DNA of 64,000 nucleotides from an uncultured Gammaproteobacteria bacterium (GCA_964592195.1 CAZQEI010000005.1:5689-69688), one strand, 5' to 3'. Counted from the first letter of the stretch, positions 52,574-62,844 are shown. Translations and numbers: made by a program. The notes: a model not told the origin generated them from the letters alone.

Positions 52574-53473
52574 TTACTTTTGACACACAGAACAATAGCT
52601 CGTCCCCCTTTGCGCCACCTTCATCTTTTGAATGGTGGCTTTTTTGCATTTCAAACATTTCAAACCAGCGCGGCCATAAACCTTGAGGAAACGAACAAAG
52701 TTTCCTTTTTCTCCGCGCGCATCCACGTAAGTATTGAATGACGTGCCTCGTTCTTCGATCGCTTTTTTCAAAATTTTAACTATAGCAATATATAACTTTT
52801 TTCTTTCTGCTAATTTTAAACTTTTCACCTTACGATCAGGCATCACTCCAGCCGCAAAGCAACTTTCATCTGCGTAAATATTGCCGATGCCGGCAATTAA
52901 TTCTTGCATCAATAAAACTTTTTTAATTTCCAAATTCGGTTTGCGTTTAAGAATCGAGTTAAAAACTTCCAAAGTAAATTCCGGCACAATCGGCTCCATT
53001 CCAAAACGCAATTTTTCTTTCGTCACTGTTGCTTCATCAGCTAACCGCAAATAACCAAACTTCCGCATATCATTGTAATACAATTTTCCCGCTGAACCGA
53101 AATCTAACAATACTTTATTAAATCGGTCTGGTGTTTGTCGCGATTGACCAATAGGGTGGCCGCCGGTGATAATTTTTCCCCTCGGCGGCACAAACACAAA
53201 TTGACCAGTCATTTTCATATGGGCCAAAACTTTCATTGATTTATCTCCGCCAAAGGCGGATCCGCCTCCGGCGGAGAAATCGAATATTAGCATTTTACCA
53301 ACACGTTCAACGCGATGAAATTTCGCGCCTTGCAAAAACTTAATAAATTTCTCTTTAGTCGGAGAAATTCTTTTTTTAAAATCATCTTTAATTTCAACCT
53401 GCAAAACCTTTTTGCCTTTCAAATACTTTTCCAAATCTCGGCGCACGGTTTCGACTTCGGGTAGTTCGGGCAT
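52574..53473 (-). CDS. mutM: Formamidopyrimidine-DNA glycosylase with a 10-aa repeat-derived insertion
   Basis: MPELPEVET, HMKMTG, DMRKFG, IAGIGNIYADE, zinc finger; SAGGGSAFGG inserted at 53246-53275. Confidence 0.97.
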   Translation of the reverse strand: MPELPEVETVRRDLEKYLKGKKVLQVEIKDDFKKRISPTKEKFIKFLQGAKFHRVERVGKMLIFDFSAGGGSAFGGDKSMKVLAHMKMTGQFVFVPPRGKIITGGHPIGQSRQTPDRFNKVLLDFGSAGKLYYNDMRKFGYLRLADEATVTKEKLRFGMEPIVPEFTLEVFNSILKRKPNLEIKKVLLMQELIAGIGNIYADESCFAAGVMPDRKVKSLKLAERKKLYIAIVKILKKAIEERGTSFNTYVDARGEKGNFVRFLKVYGRAGLKCLKCKKATIQKMKVAQRGTSYCSVCQK

Positions 53474-53594
53474 ACATTATTTAAATTCCAAATATTAAAA
53501 TTCCAAATTCCAAAGTTGGTGTTTTTTATCCGTAATATCAGCCCCAAAGGGGCCCCTTCGGGGTAAAATCGGTAATCAATCGGTATATCCGTAA

Positions 53595-54470
53595 CTACCA
53601 AACAATCAACATTCCTCCCACAATAATTAACGCTATTGCCATAACACGTTTCACCATTGTAGTCCGAGACATCGGTTCTTTGAAAAACTTCGAATGGAAG
53701 AAACTTAACAGTAAGATTAACAAGAAAACTAACAGGGGCTTGGTTGCCAGAATGGCACTCGGTAATGTTACCACACCGGTTGAAATAGCGGCCATGAAGC
53801 TTAACAGGGCGCCGGCTGAAATTAAGGCAGACAAGACAATGTGCCACACCCCGGCCTTGGCTTTTTCAATCAAATGCGGATGATGAAATATTATCATTAA
53901 TACAGGAATAATCAAACCACCTACACCAAACCAAAACATACTGGTATAAAAGTCAACTTCAGAGGTAATAAAGCGCATGAACAAATTTCTCAAAGCAAAA
54001 AATATCATTGCCCCAAAAGCCAACAGATGTCCAAAACCGATTTTCTTGCCATGCTTTTCATGTACCACCAAATACGCTCCCAAAACAATTATCCCGATCC
54101 CCAAATAACGTAGCCAGCTCAAAGATTCATTGAAAAACAGACAAGCTAATAACGCAATCACCAATGGCTCAGTCGCTAAGATAACTGTAAAGGATGAAAG
54201 TTTTTCAACCCGCGATGCTTGATAATCCAACCATACCGCACCGGAATAAATTATACCGGCAATTAATGCCGCAAACAATACCGGTAACGATACTGACAAA
54301 TCAGCGTGCATGATTGAAGATAAACAAATAAAAATCAAACATGCGACGACACAAAAGATTGTCATTGCCAGACGAGGATCTCGCATTTCTTTTTTAATTA
54401 CGTGAACATCAATGATCTCCACGATTGACCAGCCAAAGACGGCAATCAAAGTGAAAATTAACCACAACAT
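53595..54470 (-). CDS. EamA/DMT family transporter
   Basis: About 10 TM helices in two repeats, FFNESLS...GIGIIVLG. Confidence 0.85.
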   Translation of the reverse strand: MLWLIFTLIAVFGWSIVEIIDVHVIKKEMRDPRLAMTIFCVVACLIFICLSSIMHADLSVSLPVLFAALIAGIIYSGAVWLDYQASRVEKLSSFTVILATEPLVIALLACLFFNESLSWLRYLGIGIIVLGAYLVVHEKHGKKIGFGHLLAFGAMIFFALRNLFMRFITSEVDFYTSMFWFGVGGLIIPVLMIIFHHPHLIEKAKAGVWHIVLSALISAGALLSFMAAISTGVVTLPSAILATKPLLVFLLILLLSFFHSKFFKEPMSRTTMVKRVMAIALIIVGGMLIVW

Positions 54471-54474
54471 ATAA

Positions 54475-54993
54475 TTATTCCACGGTTATTTGATTAGTTT
54501 TCGGGTTAACATACACAAACAATCGAATATCAGATTTTTTTCTAGATTGAAAATTCGCCACTGCAGTAGTTTCCGTGACTTCACAATCTTGACCGAAACA
54601 AACTCCTTGAGAATAGTGCTTTGACAAGAAGCTGGGAGTATAGTTCAAAGTAAAATTCCAATCAGGCGAAATGGAGATATCTACTGGTCCGATTTGCTCG
54701 CCTTCATCACAAAGAAAATCACCGTTCAAATCTGCGCATACTGTGGCAGTTCTATTTGATTCATTATAATAAACTCCAAAGGAAAACGGCACCCTCCCGT
54801 TCACCTTCTCGGAAGCTTCAGCTTTTTGCTTAGCAAGATTTAACAACGAGACATATTCATCTGCCGCTTGGCGAACTGCATAGCGCTCAGCCACCTTTTG
54901 CCAAGTTAAAAACGTCATAGCGCCAACTAATATTACCAAAACAACGACTAACAATACGTCGATTGAATAAAACTTTTTTAGATATTTTTTCAT
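54475..54993 (-). CDS. Pilin/pseudopilin-like protein with a degenerate prepilin motif
   Basis: KK-FYSIDVLLVVVLV hydrophobic N-terminus followed by a FimT/GspH-like AA..VS.L..A...A helix and FGVYY. Confidence 0.55.
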   Translation of the reverse strand: MKKYLKKFYSIDVLLVVVLVILVGAMTFLTWQKVAERYAVRQAADEYVSLLNLAKQKAEASEKVNGRVPFSFGVYYNESNRTATVCADLNGDFLCDEGEQIGPVDISISPDWNFTLNYTPSFLSKHYSQGVCFGQDCEVTETTAVANFQSRKKSDIRLFVYVNPKTNQITVE

Positions 54994-54997
54994 ATTT

Positions 54998-55951
54998 TTA
55001 TTTTTTAAAAGCTATCGTAAAACGAAAACCAGTATGATCATTTCTTGTATTATCTCGAACAACATTAATATTTCCAGCGCCTTCTCGACCACCAACCACA
55101 AGATTTTGCCAAGTATTTAAACCTAAAGTCGAGGTTCTTTCTTCCCCAAGAGTTTGCGTTAAGGCTGGATAAACTTCACACAATTGTCGGAACAATAATG
55201 CTGGCGTTAATATCACATCAAAATCTCGATATTTTAATTTTTTTTCATTCCAGTCATTACAAATCATTTCTTTAATTTTTGCTAATATTATATTCACCTC
55301 ATCAATACATAATTTAAACCGCCCATATCTAGAAGCCGTTGGTGGTAACCCATCACACCAGGTTATTATTGACTCGACTATATCTAGGTTTTTCGAAAGA
55401 CCTTCTTGTGAACCATAATGTTTTTCTTGAAATGTGGTAACCGAGGGTTTTTGAATACTCTCCGTAACAAATAAATCATATTTTTGTGCCAGTTGTTCAG
55501 CTTCTTTTTTCATTATCTCAAAAAACACCTCTGATCCAATTCTATTGCCATCTAATCCAGTCTGTTTCATGCTGGTGCTTCGATAATTCACCAAGCCTTT
55601 CTTTGAATCTTCTTCAGTTTGTTCTACTGGATACATTTTATTAAACCATTCTGCGGTTAATTCTTCGGGATGTATTGGTTCTGAGATAAACGGCTTATTT
55701 TCACCAAAAAATATATCTTCAATCGCTTTTATCTGTTTACCATATTTCATTTCCTTTGGAGAAGAATCTTCAACCGTTTCACCAAATGCCTGGACAAAGC
55801 GCAAAGCTTCCAAGACCTGTTCTGGTTTAGGATTTTTGCCTTGAGACTTTATTCTTTTTGCCAAGTCAAACAAACCCTCGTTGATTTTAATTTGATCATT
55901 GGATTGGGAGGGTGTGAGGTTAGCGGTTAATTTTTCAACGTTATTTAGCAT
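54998..55951 (-). CDS. Leader-domain protein, family C, CLec/FGE-like C-terminus
   Basis: EKLTANLTP...INEGLFDLAKRIK...PEQVLEALRFV leader; ends GAGNI...TGFRFTIAF. Confidence 0.8.
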   Translation of the reverse strand: MLNNVEKLTANLTPSQSNDQIKINEGLFDLAKRIKSQGKNPKPEQVLEALRFVQAFGETVEDSSPKEMKYGKQIKAIEDIFFGENKPFISEPIHPEELTAEWFNKMYPVEQTEEDSKKGLVNYRSTSMKQTGLDGNRIGSEVFFEIMKKEAEQLAQKYDLFVTESIQKPSVTTFQEKHYGSQEGLSKNLDIVESIITWCDGLPPTASRYGRFKLCIDEVNIILAKIKEMICNDWNEKKLKYRDFDVILTPALLFRQLCEVYPALTQTLGEERTSTLGLNTWQNLVVGGREGAGNINVVRDNTRNDHTGFRFTIAFKK

Positions 55952-55956
55952 GATAA

Positions 55957-57186
55957 TTAAATTTCACGATTTTTTGTAAAATCTCTTTTTCGATCCTCAA
56001 GCTCATTAATTAAATGCTCCATTTCATAAAATTTAGTATTTGCTGAAATTACAGAACCTAACATCGTGTTCATTCTTGCTGTATGCGCTAATCTTTTCCT
56101 CATCGTTATTAAAATTTTATCAATTTGAATTACTGCATCTTTAATAAAGTCATGCGCTTCTTTCTCTTTATAAAAAACTATTGACAATCTAAAAAACTCA
56201 GCGTGTTTATCATCCATAGTTTTATACCACACTGACCCAGCACCGCCATTCTCCTGATCTTTATCTTCTTCGTAACCAATAAAGCCTCCAATAGTCAAAT
56301 AAGCCTTTTCGTTTTCGATCTTGGTGGAAGTCAAAATTCTATAAATTGATTGCGACAATTCCGGTTTATCCTCCATAATTTGCCTGGTAATTACAGCCGG
56401 CGTGCACATCACGCGAAATGGTGGTATTTTCAAGCCTTGCTCTTTCCACTTTTTTATTAATTCATCTTCTATCTTTTGCACTAATGTCAACCTAACATCA
56501 TCTACACCTAAAAAATATCTGGTTTTATTTTCTCCAAATGCTTCATTAATATAATCATTGATCGGATCAATCACTAATCCACGACGTTTATCATCCTGTT
56601 CAATTGGCATTGCTAATTCCGAATACACCATTTCCCAATCCGACATTTCCGTCACTTCATTTTTCATGGCACGAACAAAGTCATCCATGAAAGTTTTAAC
56701 TAAACAATCTTTGGGTTTATAATTTTTCTTCAACTTCTTTTTAAACCACTCAATCACAGCATATTCTTTTCTTGCAACACTAAGATCAATATTGCAAATA
56801 TGTGGTCGAAAATTCAATCTCCCAGCTTTAACATCTTCATCGCGTTGATGATCTTTATCCACATTGGGAAACATTTTTTCAAACCAAGCATCGTTAATCT
56901 CTTCCGGCTTGGGTGGTAAACAAACGTATGGTTCATCAATGCCGAAAAATTGATCTTGAATCGCCTCAATATATGTTCTAAATTTTTCTTTTGGATCAGC
57001 TTCCTTAGTCAAACTATAAGATTGCTCCACTAACCGCAAAGCTTCCTTTATTCGTTCACTATCCCGAGCACCGCCTTCTTCTCGAATCCTCTTCGCCAAC
57101 GCTCGCATATCTTCATCAACCCGAACCCGCTCCACGGCTTGCGCTGGAGTTTGATTAGCTGTGAGTTTTTCAATATGATTTGGCAT
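55957..57186 (-). CDS. Leader-domain protein, family C
   Basis: EKLTANQTP leader; GGAGSV...FFRLSIVFYK plus a helical tail. Confidence 0.8.
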   Translation of the reverse strand: MPNHIEKLTANQTPAQAVERVRVDEDMRALAKRIREEGGARDSERIKEALRLVEQSYSLTKEADPKEKFRTYIEAIQDQFFGIDEPYVCLPPKPEEINDAWFEKMFPNVDKDHQRDEDVKAGRLNFRPHICNIDLSVARKEYAVIEWFKKKLKKNYKPKDCLVKTFMDDFVRAMKNEVTEMSDWEMVYSELAMPIEQDDKRRGLVIDPINDYINEAFGENKTRYFLGVDDVRLTLVQKIEDELIKKWKEQGLKIPPFRVMCTPAVITRQIMEDKPELSQSIYRILTSTKIENEKAYLTIGGFIGYEEDKDQENGGAGSVWYKTMDDKHAEFFRLSIVFYKEKEAHDFIKDAVIQIDKILITMRKRLAHTARMNTMLGSVISANTKFYEMEHLINELEDRKRDFTKNREI

Positions 57187-57191
57187 TGTAA

Positions 57192-58352
57192 TTATTGCTC
57201 CCAACTTTTATTTCTATTTTTTGTAATATCTCTAATAGCTTTCCCCCTTAAAATCATATTTTCTAAATTCAAGTATTTCAAATATTGAGGATTTTGATAC
57301 ATATTTGAAATTGATGACAATTTTTTATCATGTTTTTCATGTTTCTTTTTAATTTCATCTATTTGTTTCTCTTCCTCAATTGAAAGTGGTCTATCTTTAT
57401 AAAAAACAATTGAAAGTCTAAACATAGTAAACTGGGGGGCATCCTTAACATTCAAAGTTCCAATTGCCCCAGCCCCGCCAAGATCAACCCCACCAGTAGT
57501 TAACCATTTTGTTGTCTCTTTACCAGACTCATCGAGTAAAGGTGTTTCGCTCAGAACACTAAAATCCAATTTAGACATATTGGGATTTTGTTCCATAAAC
57601 TGCCTAGAAACAGATACTGGAGTTAATAAAACTTGAAAAGCAGGAATTTTAAAACCCGACTTCTTAAATTTTTTCACAATATTATCTTCCATACTTCGCA
57701 AAAGACCATAAAGTTGGATTAATAATCCACCCTTTGCTGCTCTTGCAATTGAAAAAACATTATCGTCAATTTTAATATCCGCATTTGAAATCAAAAGTCT
57801 GCTTGTAAAAACAGATTCACTCTCTTTCAAAAATTCCGCTTCAGCTTTTATCGATCGAAAATATGCTCCCATTACCGAATGTTCTTCAGAAACAGATTTA
57901 CTAGACCTATCAAGTCTAGATAGAAGCTTACTCACTATTCCAAACTTAGCTCGTTTATTTTCCGATGGTGGTCGAAAGCAAATTCTTCCCGCCGTAAGAT
58001 CCTCAGGTCGTTGGTGGTCATTATCCACATCAGGATACATCTTTTCAAACCATTCATCAGTTAAATCTTCAGGTTTTGGAGGAATAGAGAAAAAAGGCTC
58101 CTTATTTCCAAATAATTCTTCCTGAATAACTTCAACATATGGTAAATACTTTTCTCTTGGATCTTCTTCCCTAGTTAAACTATAAGATTGCTCCACTAAC
58201 CGCAAAGCTTCCTTTATTCGTTCACTATCCCGCGCACCGCCTTCTTCTCGAATCCTCTTCGCCAACTCTCTCAAATTTTCATCAATCTGAATCCGCTCCA
58301 CGGCTTTTTCTGGAGACAAATTAGCGGTTAAATTTTCAGCGTGATTTTTCAT
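57192..58352 (-). CDS. Leader-domain protein, family C
   Basis: ENLTANLSP leader; GGAGAI...MFRLSIVFYK plus a helical tail. Confidence 0.8.
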   Translation of the reverse strand: MKNHAENLTANLSPEKAVERIQIDENLRELAKRIREEGGARDSERIKEALRLVEQSYSLTREEDPREKYLPYVEVIQEELFGNKEPFFSIPPKPEDLTDEWFEKMYPDVDNDHQRPEDLTAGRICFRPPSENKRAKFGIVSKLLSRLDRSSKSVSEEHSVMGAYFRSIKAEAEFLKESESVFTSRLLISNADIKIDDNVFSIARAAKGGLLIQLYGLLRSMEDNIVKKFKKSGFKIPAFQVLLTPVSVSRQFMEQNPNMSKLDFSVLSETPLLDESGKETTKWLTTGGVDLGGAGAIGTLNVKDAPQFTMFRLSIVFYKDRPLSIEEEKQIDEIKKKHEKHDKKLSSISNMYQNPQYLKYLNLENMILRGKAIRDITKNRNKSWEQ

Positions 58353-58366
58353 GTATAAAATTCAAA

Positions 58367-59344
58367 TCAATTCTTGTAAAATATTACAGAGATCCTAAAA
58401 CCAGCGCCTGAAGTGCCCTTATCCATAGTGTCAATATTACCAGCACCACCATTAGGGGTACCGACTACCAAGCATCTTTCAGTTTTATTCCCATCTTTAT
58501 CCAATAAATCTGTAGACGTTGTTTCCCAGAAGCTTGATTTTGTCATCTCTAGATTTTCCCCCATAATTTGTCGTTGAATAATTGCTGGAGTGCAAATTAC
58601 ATCAAACTTCGGAACTTCCAAAAGATTTTCAAGCCACGCTTTTCTTATTTTGGACTTTAACATTCTTAGTAACCTATTATCAATTGTTTCTCGAGAAAGC
58701 ATTGATCGATGGGTAGCGCGAAAATTAGTACAATCTTTAATAAAAGGAACTAAAACATCAGCGTTGCTTGATCCTTGATGATCATGGTCTGGGTCATTTA
58801 ATCCATAATGTTGCAATACACCGGATTTTTTTATTAACGGTTTACCAATTGTTTCAGTCAAAACCAATTCACAGTTGTTCATTTGTCGAGCTTGCGTGCG
58901 GATTGAACGAGCAAAGACACTAAACCAAGTTTCCCCTGGGAATGACTGGCAAATTTCTTCAGCAGGATCAAAAAAATACCTAGGTCTAAAATTTGTAACT
59001 TTACTTTTTGGATCTTGTTCTATCGGATACATTTTTTCAAACCAAGCATCAGTCATTTCATCCACATGAAAAGGAATGGAAACAAAGGGTTTATTTTCAC
59101 CAAACAACAATGGTTCAATAGCCTCAATATGCTTACGATATTTTTCACGAGGATCCGCCTCCACCAATGTTTTTTCATATTCCCCCACCAATCGCAAAGC
59201 CTCCACTACTTGCGCAGGAGTGGCTTTCTTGCCTTGAGCTTTTACTCGACCAGCCAAATCCATCAAACCTTCGTTAACAGTAACTTGATCAATGGCGCGG
59301 GCGGGCGTGGGACTAGCGGTTAATTTTTCAAAAGATGATTTCAT
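58367..59344 (-). CDS. Leader-domain protein, family C
   Basis: EKLTASPTP leader; GGAGNI...GFRISVIF. Confidence 0.8.
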   Translation of the reverse strand: MKSSFEKLTASPTPARAIDQVTVNEGLMDLAGRVKAQGKKATPAQVVEALRLVGEYEKTLVEADPREKYRKHIEAIEPLLFGENKPFVSIPFHVDEMTDAWFEKMYPIEQDPKSKVTNFRPRYFFDPAEEICQSFPGETWFSVFARSIRTQARQMNNCELVLTETIGKPLIKKSGVLQHYGLNDPDHDHQGSSNADVLVPFIKDCTNFRATHRSMLSRETIDNRLLRMLKSKIRKAWLENLLEVPKFDVICTPAIIQRQIMGENLEMTKSSFWETTSTDLLDKDGNKTERCLVVGTPNGGAGNIDTMDKGTSGAGFRISVIFYKN

Positions 59345-59655
59345 TTAATAAGTTTATGAAATTTATTTTTTAATTTCCCTTTTTTACCAACGAATAATTT
59401 GTCTACTTCTGCAATCATTTCACCTAGACCAGCGTTTAATTCCTTTATGACTTTATCAAATAATTCAGCGTCGATAATTTTCGTAGTATCTTCATATTGC
59501 CCGACTAATTTCAAAGCCTCTGAAACTTGTTCTGGCGTCGCCTTTTTACCTTGTAACTTAACTCGCCTAGCCAACTCCATTAACTTCTCGTTTACATCTA
59601 CTTGATTAACAGCTTTTTCTGGAGTCACATTGGCAGTCAATTTTTCTTGACTCAT
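59341..59655 (-). CDS. Near stand-alone leader-domain protein (104 aa)
   Basis: MSQEKLTANVTPEKAVNQVDVNEKLMELARRVK...PEQVSEALKLVGQY plus a short helix; overlaps the pilD stop. Confidence 0.75.
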   Translation of the reverse strand: MSQEKLTANVTPEKAVNQVDVNEKLMELARRVKLQGKKATPEQVSEALKLVGQYEDTTKIIDAELFDKVIKELNAGLGEMIAEVDKLFVGKKGKLKNKFHKLIK

Positions 59656-60446
59656 ATTATTAATACCAATCGCAGAAATTCAATTATTTGTTGATTAAAT
59701 AAAACAAAAATCATTGTGGCCGGACAGAGGAAAACGGCCATAGGCAACGCACCGCCGAACTGTTTCCATTTTATCGCTAACAAAACAATGGCCACAATTG
59801 CTCCAACAATATACGCGACAAAAATTGTAAACACCAAACCTGTCCACCCGACCATTATGCCTATCAACGCACCCAATAACATATCACCATCCCCCACCCA
59901 TCTACCTTTGGAAATCGCATATTGAAAATAATAGAACAGAAAACCGACACCACCAGCCGCGAGCATGTTGGCGACTTGAAACCAGGTAAATCCAGTAACC
60001 ATCAAATTTAAAAAGAAAGCAATCGGTAGCATGATGTAGATCAAACTATCAATAATCGCAAACTCTTTCCAATCAATGACCATTATTACCAACAACACAG
60101 AAACAAAAAGAAAATCTTTAACCAACGATAAATAATCAAAACCAATAACTAGTTGTTCCCAGTGAAGTAATAAAATAATTTCAAACAAAATCGCAGTGAC
60201 TATTTCAACAATTGGATATTGCCAAGAAATTTTCGCTTTACAATGACGGCACAATCCTTTCAACCAAACAAAACTTAGAACCGGAATCAATTCAAAGAAA
60301 CCCAAAACATTTTGACATTTGGGACAATGCGATCGCGCGCGCTTCCAAATCGATTCGCCTTTGGGTAAGCGGCAAATTAAAACGTTTAAAAAACTGCCGA
60401 TTGCGAGTCCTAATATTATAGTGGCTATTGACGCTAAAATAATCAT
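59652..60446 (-). CDS. pilD: Prepilin peptidase / N-methyltransferase
   Basis: GSFLNVLI.RLP, RSHCPKC, IPVLS, CRHC, ISWQYP.VE, IDW and GDGD aspartates. Confidence 0.95.
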   Translation of the reverse strand: MIILASIATIILGLAIGSFLNVLICRLPKGESIWKRARSHCPKCQNVLGFFELIPVLSFVWLKGLCRHCKAKISWQYPIVEIVTAILFEIILLLHWEQLVIGFDYLSLVKDFLFVSVLLVIMVIDWKEFAIIDSLIYIMLPIAFFLNLMVTGFTWFQVANMLAAGGVGFLFYYFQYAISKGRWVGDGDMLLGALIGIMVGWTGLVFTIFVAYIVGAIVAIVLLAIKWKQFGGALPMAVFLCPATMIFVLFNQQIIEFLRLVLII

Positions 60447-60547
60447 AAAAATATATTTCAAATCTTGGAGATTGGTATTTGATTATTGGGATTTGGGATT
60501 TCCGCTTGGAGAATTATTTTCCCCACACTAAAGCAGTCCAACCCCAG

Positions 60548-60574
60548 ATCCCCGCTCGTAGGCGGGGATGACGG
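60548..60574. repeat. CGTC-tagged palindromic repeat
   Basis: Minus strand ccgtcatccccgcctacgagcggggatc. Confidence 0.65.
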
Positions 60575-60606
60575 AGTGTGTGGGCAATTGACCTTCACTT
60601 CAAGAA

Positions 60607-61605
60607 TTACTTTCCCAAGCGGCTCGCCATTTCAACTAACCGATGCGAATAGCCCCATTCATTATCATACCAAGCGAGAACTTTAACTAAATTACCACCA
60701 ACCACGCGAGTGAAATTTGAATCAACGATTGATGATGCTGTGGTGTTCAAAATATCCGTGGAAACTAATTCTTCATCAGTGACTTCCAACACACCTTTGA
60801 ATCGTGCAGTTTTTGAAGCTTTAATTAATGCCTTGTTCACTTCTTCCGCAGTAGTATTCTTTCTCAACACTGCCACCACGTCAATTAACGATCCGCAGAC
60901 AACTGGCACGCGAATGGAAATACCATCAAATTTATCTTTTAATTGTGGTAAAGTTAAAGCCGTAGCTTTGGCGGCACCCGTACTAGTTGGCACAATATTG
61001 CCAACGATTGAACGACCTTCTCTCCAATCTTTCGCATTAGCCATATCCACAGTACGTTGACTGGCAGTCGTGGCGTGAACAGTGGTTAACAAAGCTTTTT
61101 CCACGCCAAAAACTTCATCCAAAACTGCCATAACAGGAGCAGTACAATTAGTAGTGCAGGAAGCATTGGCTACCACCTTTTGACCTTTAGCTTTTTCCTC
61201 GTTAACACTACGAACAACAGTCACGACACCTTCACTCTTTGATGGCGCGGAAATCAAAACAGCTTTGGCTCCAGCTTTCAAATGTTTGGAAGCATCTTCC
61301 ATTTTGGTAAACACTCCGGTACATTCAAGCACCACATCCACCTTATGTTTTTTCCAGGGTAAAGCAGCCGGATCAGTGCCTTGATAAAAAGCGATTTTTT
61401 TATTATTAACAATTAAATAATTACCGCTGACACTAACCTTACCCTTAAACCGACCTTGCGAAGTATCGTACTTGAGTAAATACGCTAAGTTGTTCAAATC
61501 CCCCAAGTCATTGATCGCGACTACCTGCATGTCTTTTTTGCCCAAAATAATTTTGAGCGAGGCCCGGCCAATACGACCGAAACCATTGATGGCTACATTT
61601 TTCAT
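60607..61605 (-). CDS. gap: Glyceraldehyde-3-phosphate dehydrogenase type I
   Basis: INGFGRIGR, NASCTTNC, PTSTGAAKA, WYDNEWGYS. Confidence 0.98.
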   Translation of the reverse strand: MKNVAINGFGRIGRASLKIILGKKDMQVVAINDLGDLNNLAYLLKYDTSQGRFKGKVSVSGNYLIVNNKKIAFYQGTDPAALPWKKHKVDVVLECTGVFTKMEDASKHLKAGAKAVLISAPSKSEGVVTVVRSVNEEKAKGQKVVANASCTTNCTAPVMAVLDEVFGVEKALLTTVHATTASQRTVDMANAKDWREGRSIVGNIVPTSTGAAKATALTLPQLKDKFDGISIRVPVVCGSLIDVVAVLRKNTTAEEVNKALIKASKTARFKGVLEVTDEELVSTDILNTTASSIVDSNFTRVVGGNLVKVLAWYDNEWGYSHRLVEMASRLGK

Positions 61606-61821
61606 ACGTTAAGTTTATCAGTTAATAAGTTTGTAAGTTTACAAGTAATAATACAAAATTATCTTATGCTTATAAGCTTAGACACTTAGAAACTATTTAT
61701 TTTGCTATCTGAATTAATTATACCATAAAGCGGTAACCAAGAACACCGATTTATCCCCTGTTATTCATGATTTTCAATATAAAAAAACCGCCTCAAAAGA
61801 AGCGATTTTGTAGCTTTAAAA

Positions 61822-62022
61822 TTATTGATTAACCGCGGAAGAAATCAAGGATTGCAACTGATCATTCATGGTCTTGGTCTGGTAATACATGGATCCGAAC
61901 AAGGCGGTGAAAGTTAAAAAGATTATCACCATAAATATCAATAACACCACAGTAAATCCATGAAAATATCTAATCTCTGACTCCCACCAATTTGTTTTTG
62001 TTTTTTTTATTTTTGCTTTCAT
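61822..62022 (-). CDS. Small single-TM protein
   Basis: 66 aa with a basic N-terminus and one hydrophobic segment; hairpin and T tract downstream. Confidence 0.55.
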   Translation of the reverse strand: MKAKIKKTKTNWWESEIRYFHGFTVVLLIFMVIIFLTFTALFGSMYYQTKTMNDQLQSLISSAVNQ

Positions 62023-62154
62023 GTGATATCTCTACAAATCTTTTACGAATAAGAATTCGTTGATTCGTAGCTAATTTGTTATTAGTAGAGACCCATGTTA
62101 TTAATTTAACAAAAAATCCCTCCCTATTTGCATCTTAATTATACCACTAATTTA

Positions 62155-62844
62155 TCAATCAAAGAATTGCAACTGAGAAAAAACGGTGGATAAATCACCA
62201 ACACGACAATCACCAGACAACTCAAATATTTTTTGTTTTTTAACATCAAAGTAAACAATCTTATTCACAGGGCAGCTAACATCACGTCCATTTTCATAAT
62301 TAAAAACAGGATATTCGTTTATCGTTTGAGATGCAAATAATTTACTTATCGCTTCTTCACGTGTCGGTGAAATCGTATTCCAACCGTAATCAAACACCGT
62401 ACACTCATTTAAGTTGCACGGCTCGCCGTTAAACCTCCAACTTTCCAAATACGTGCTTTGGTTACCGGTAAACATTCGCAATTGCGCGGGGGGAGAATTT
62501 TGACCAGTGCGCAATTCAATCGTGCCATCGGCTAACTCTACGACTTGATAATTTTGTGCAGTATTAACTTTCAAACCAAAACCAGCAGGATTATTAACAT
62601 AGGAGAATTCACCGTCAACCACCACAGGTTGCTCAACTTGTTTTTGCTTTACCACCTGTTGCCAGTTTTGCCATTGACTGGTAATTTCCCCTACTTGAGA
62701 TCTTGTTTGCCAAAACATATAACCGAGCAAAATAAAACCACCTACTAGAAAAATTATTATTACCCCCAAAATCAAGGTTAATCGTTGTTTACGTTTATAA
62801 TCATTAATTTGCTTCATACTAAACTGTTCTAACTTTTTTAACAT
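62155..62844 (-). CDS. Membrane-anchored hypothetical protein
   Basis: N-terminal TM followed by a soluble domain with four Cys; the true start may be the internal MKQIN. Confidence 0.65.
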   Translation of the reverse strand: MLKKLEQFSMKQINDYKRKQRLTLILGVIIIFLVGGFILLGYMFWQTRSQVGEITSQWQNWQQVVKQKQVEQPVVVDGEFSYVNNPAGFGLKVNTAQNYQVVELADGTIELRTGQNSPPAQLRMFTGNQSTYLESWRFNGEPCNLNECTVFDYGWNTISPTREEAISKLFASQTINEYPVFNYENGRDVSCPVNKIVYFDVKKQKIFELSGDCRVGDLSTVFSQLQFFD

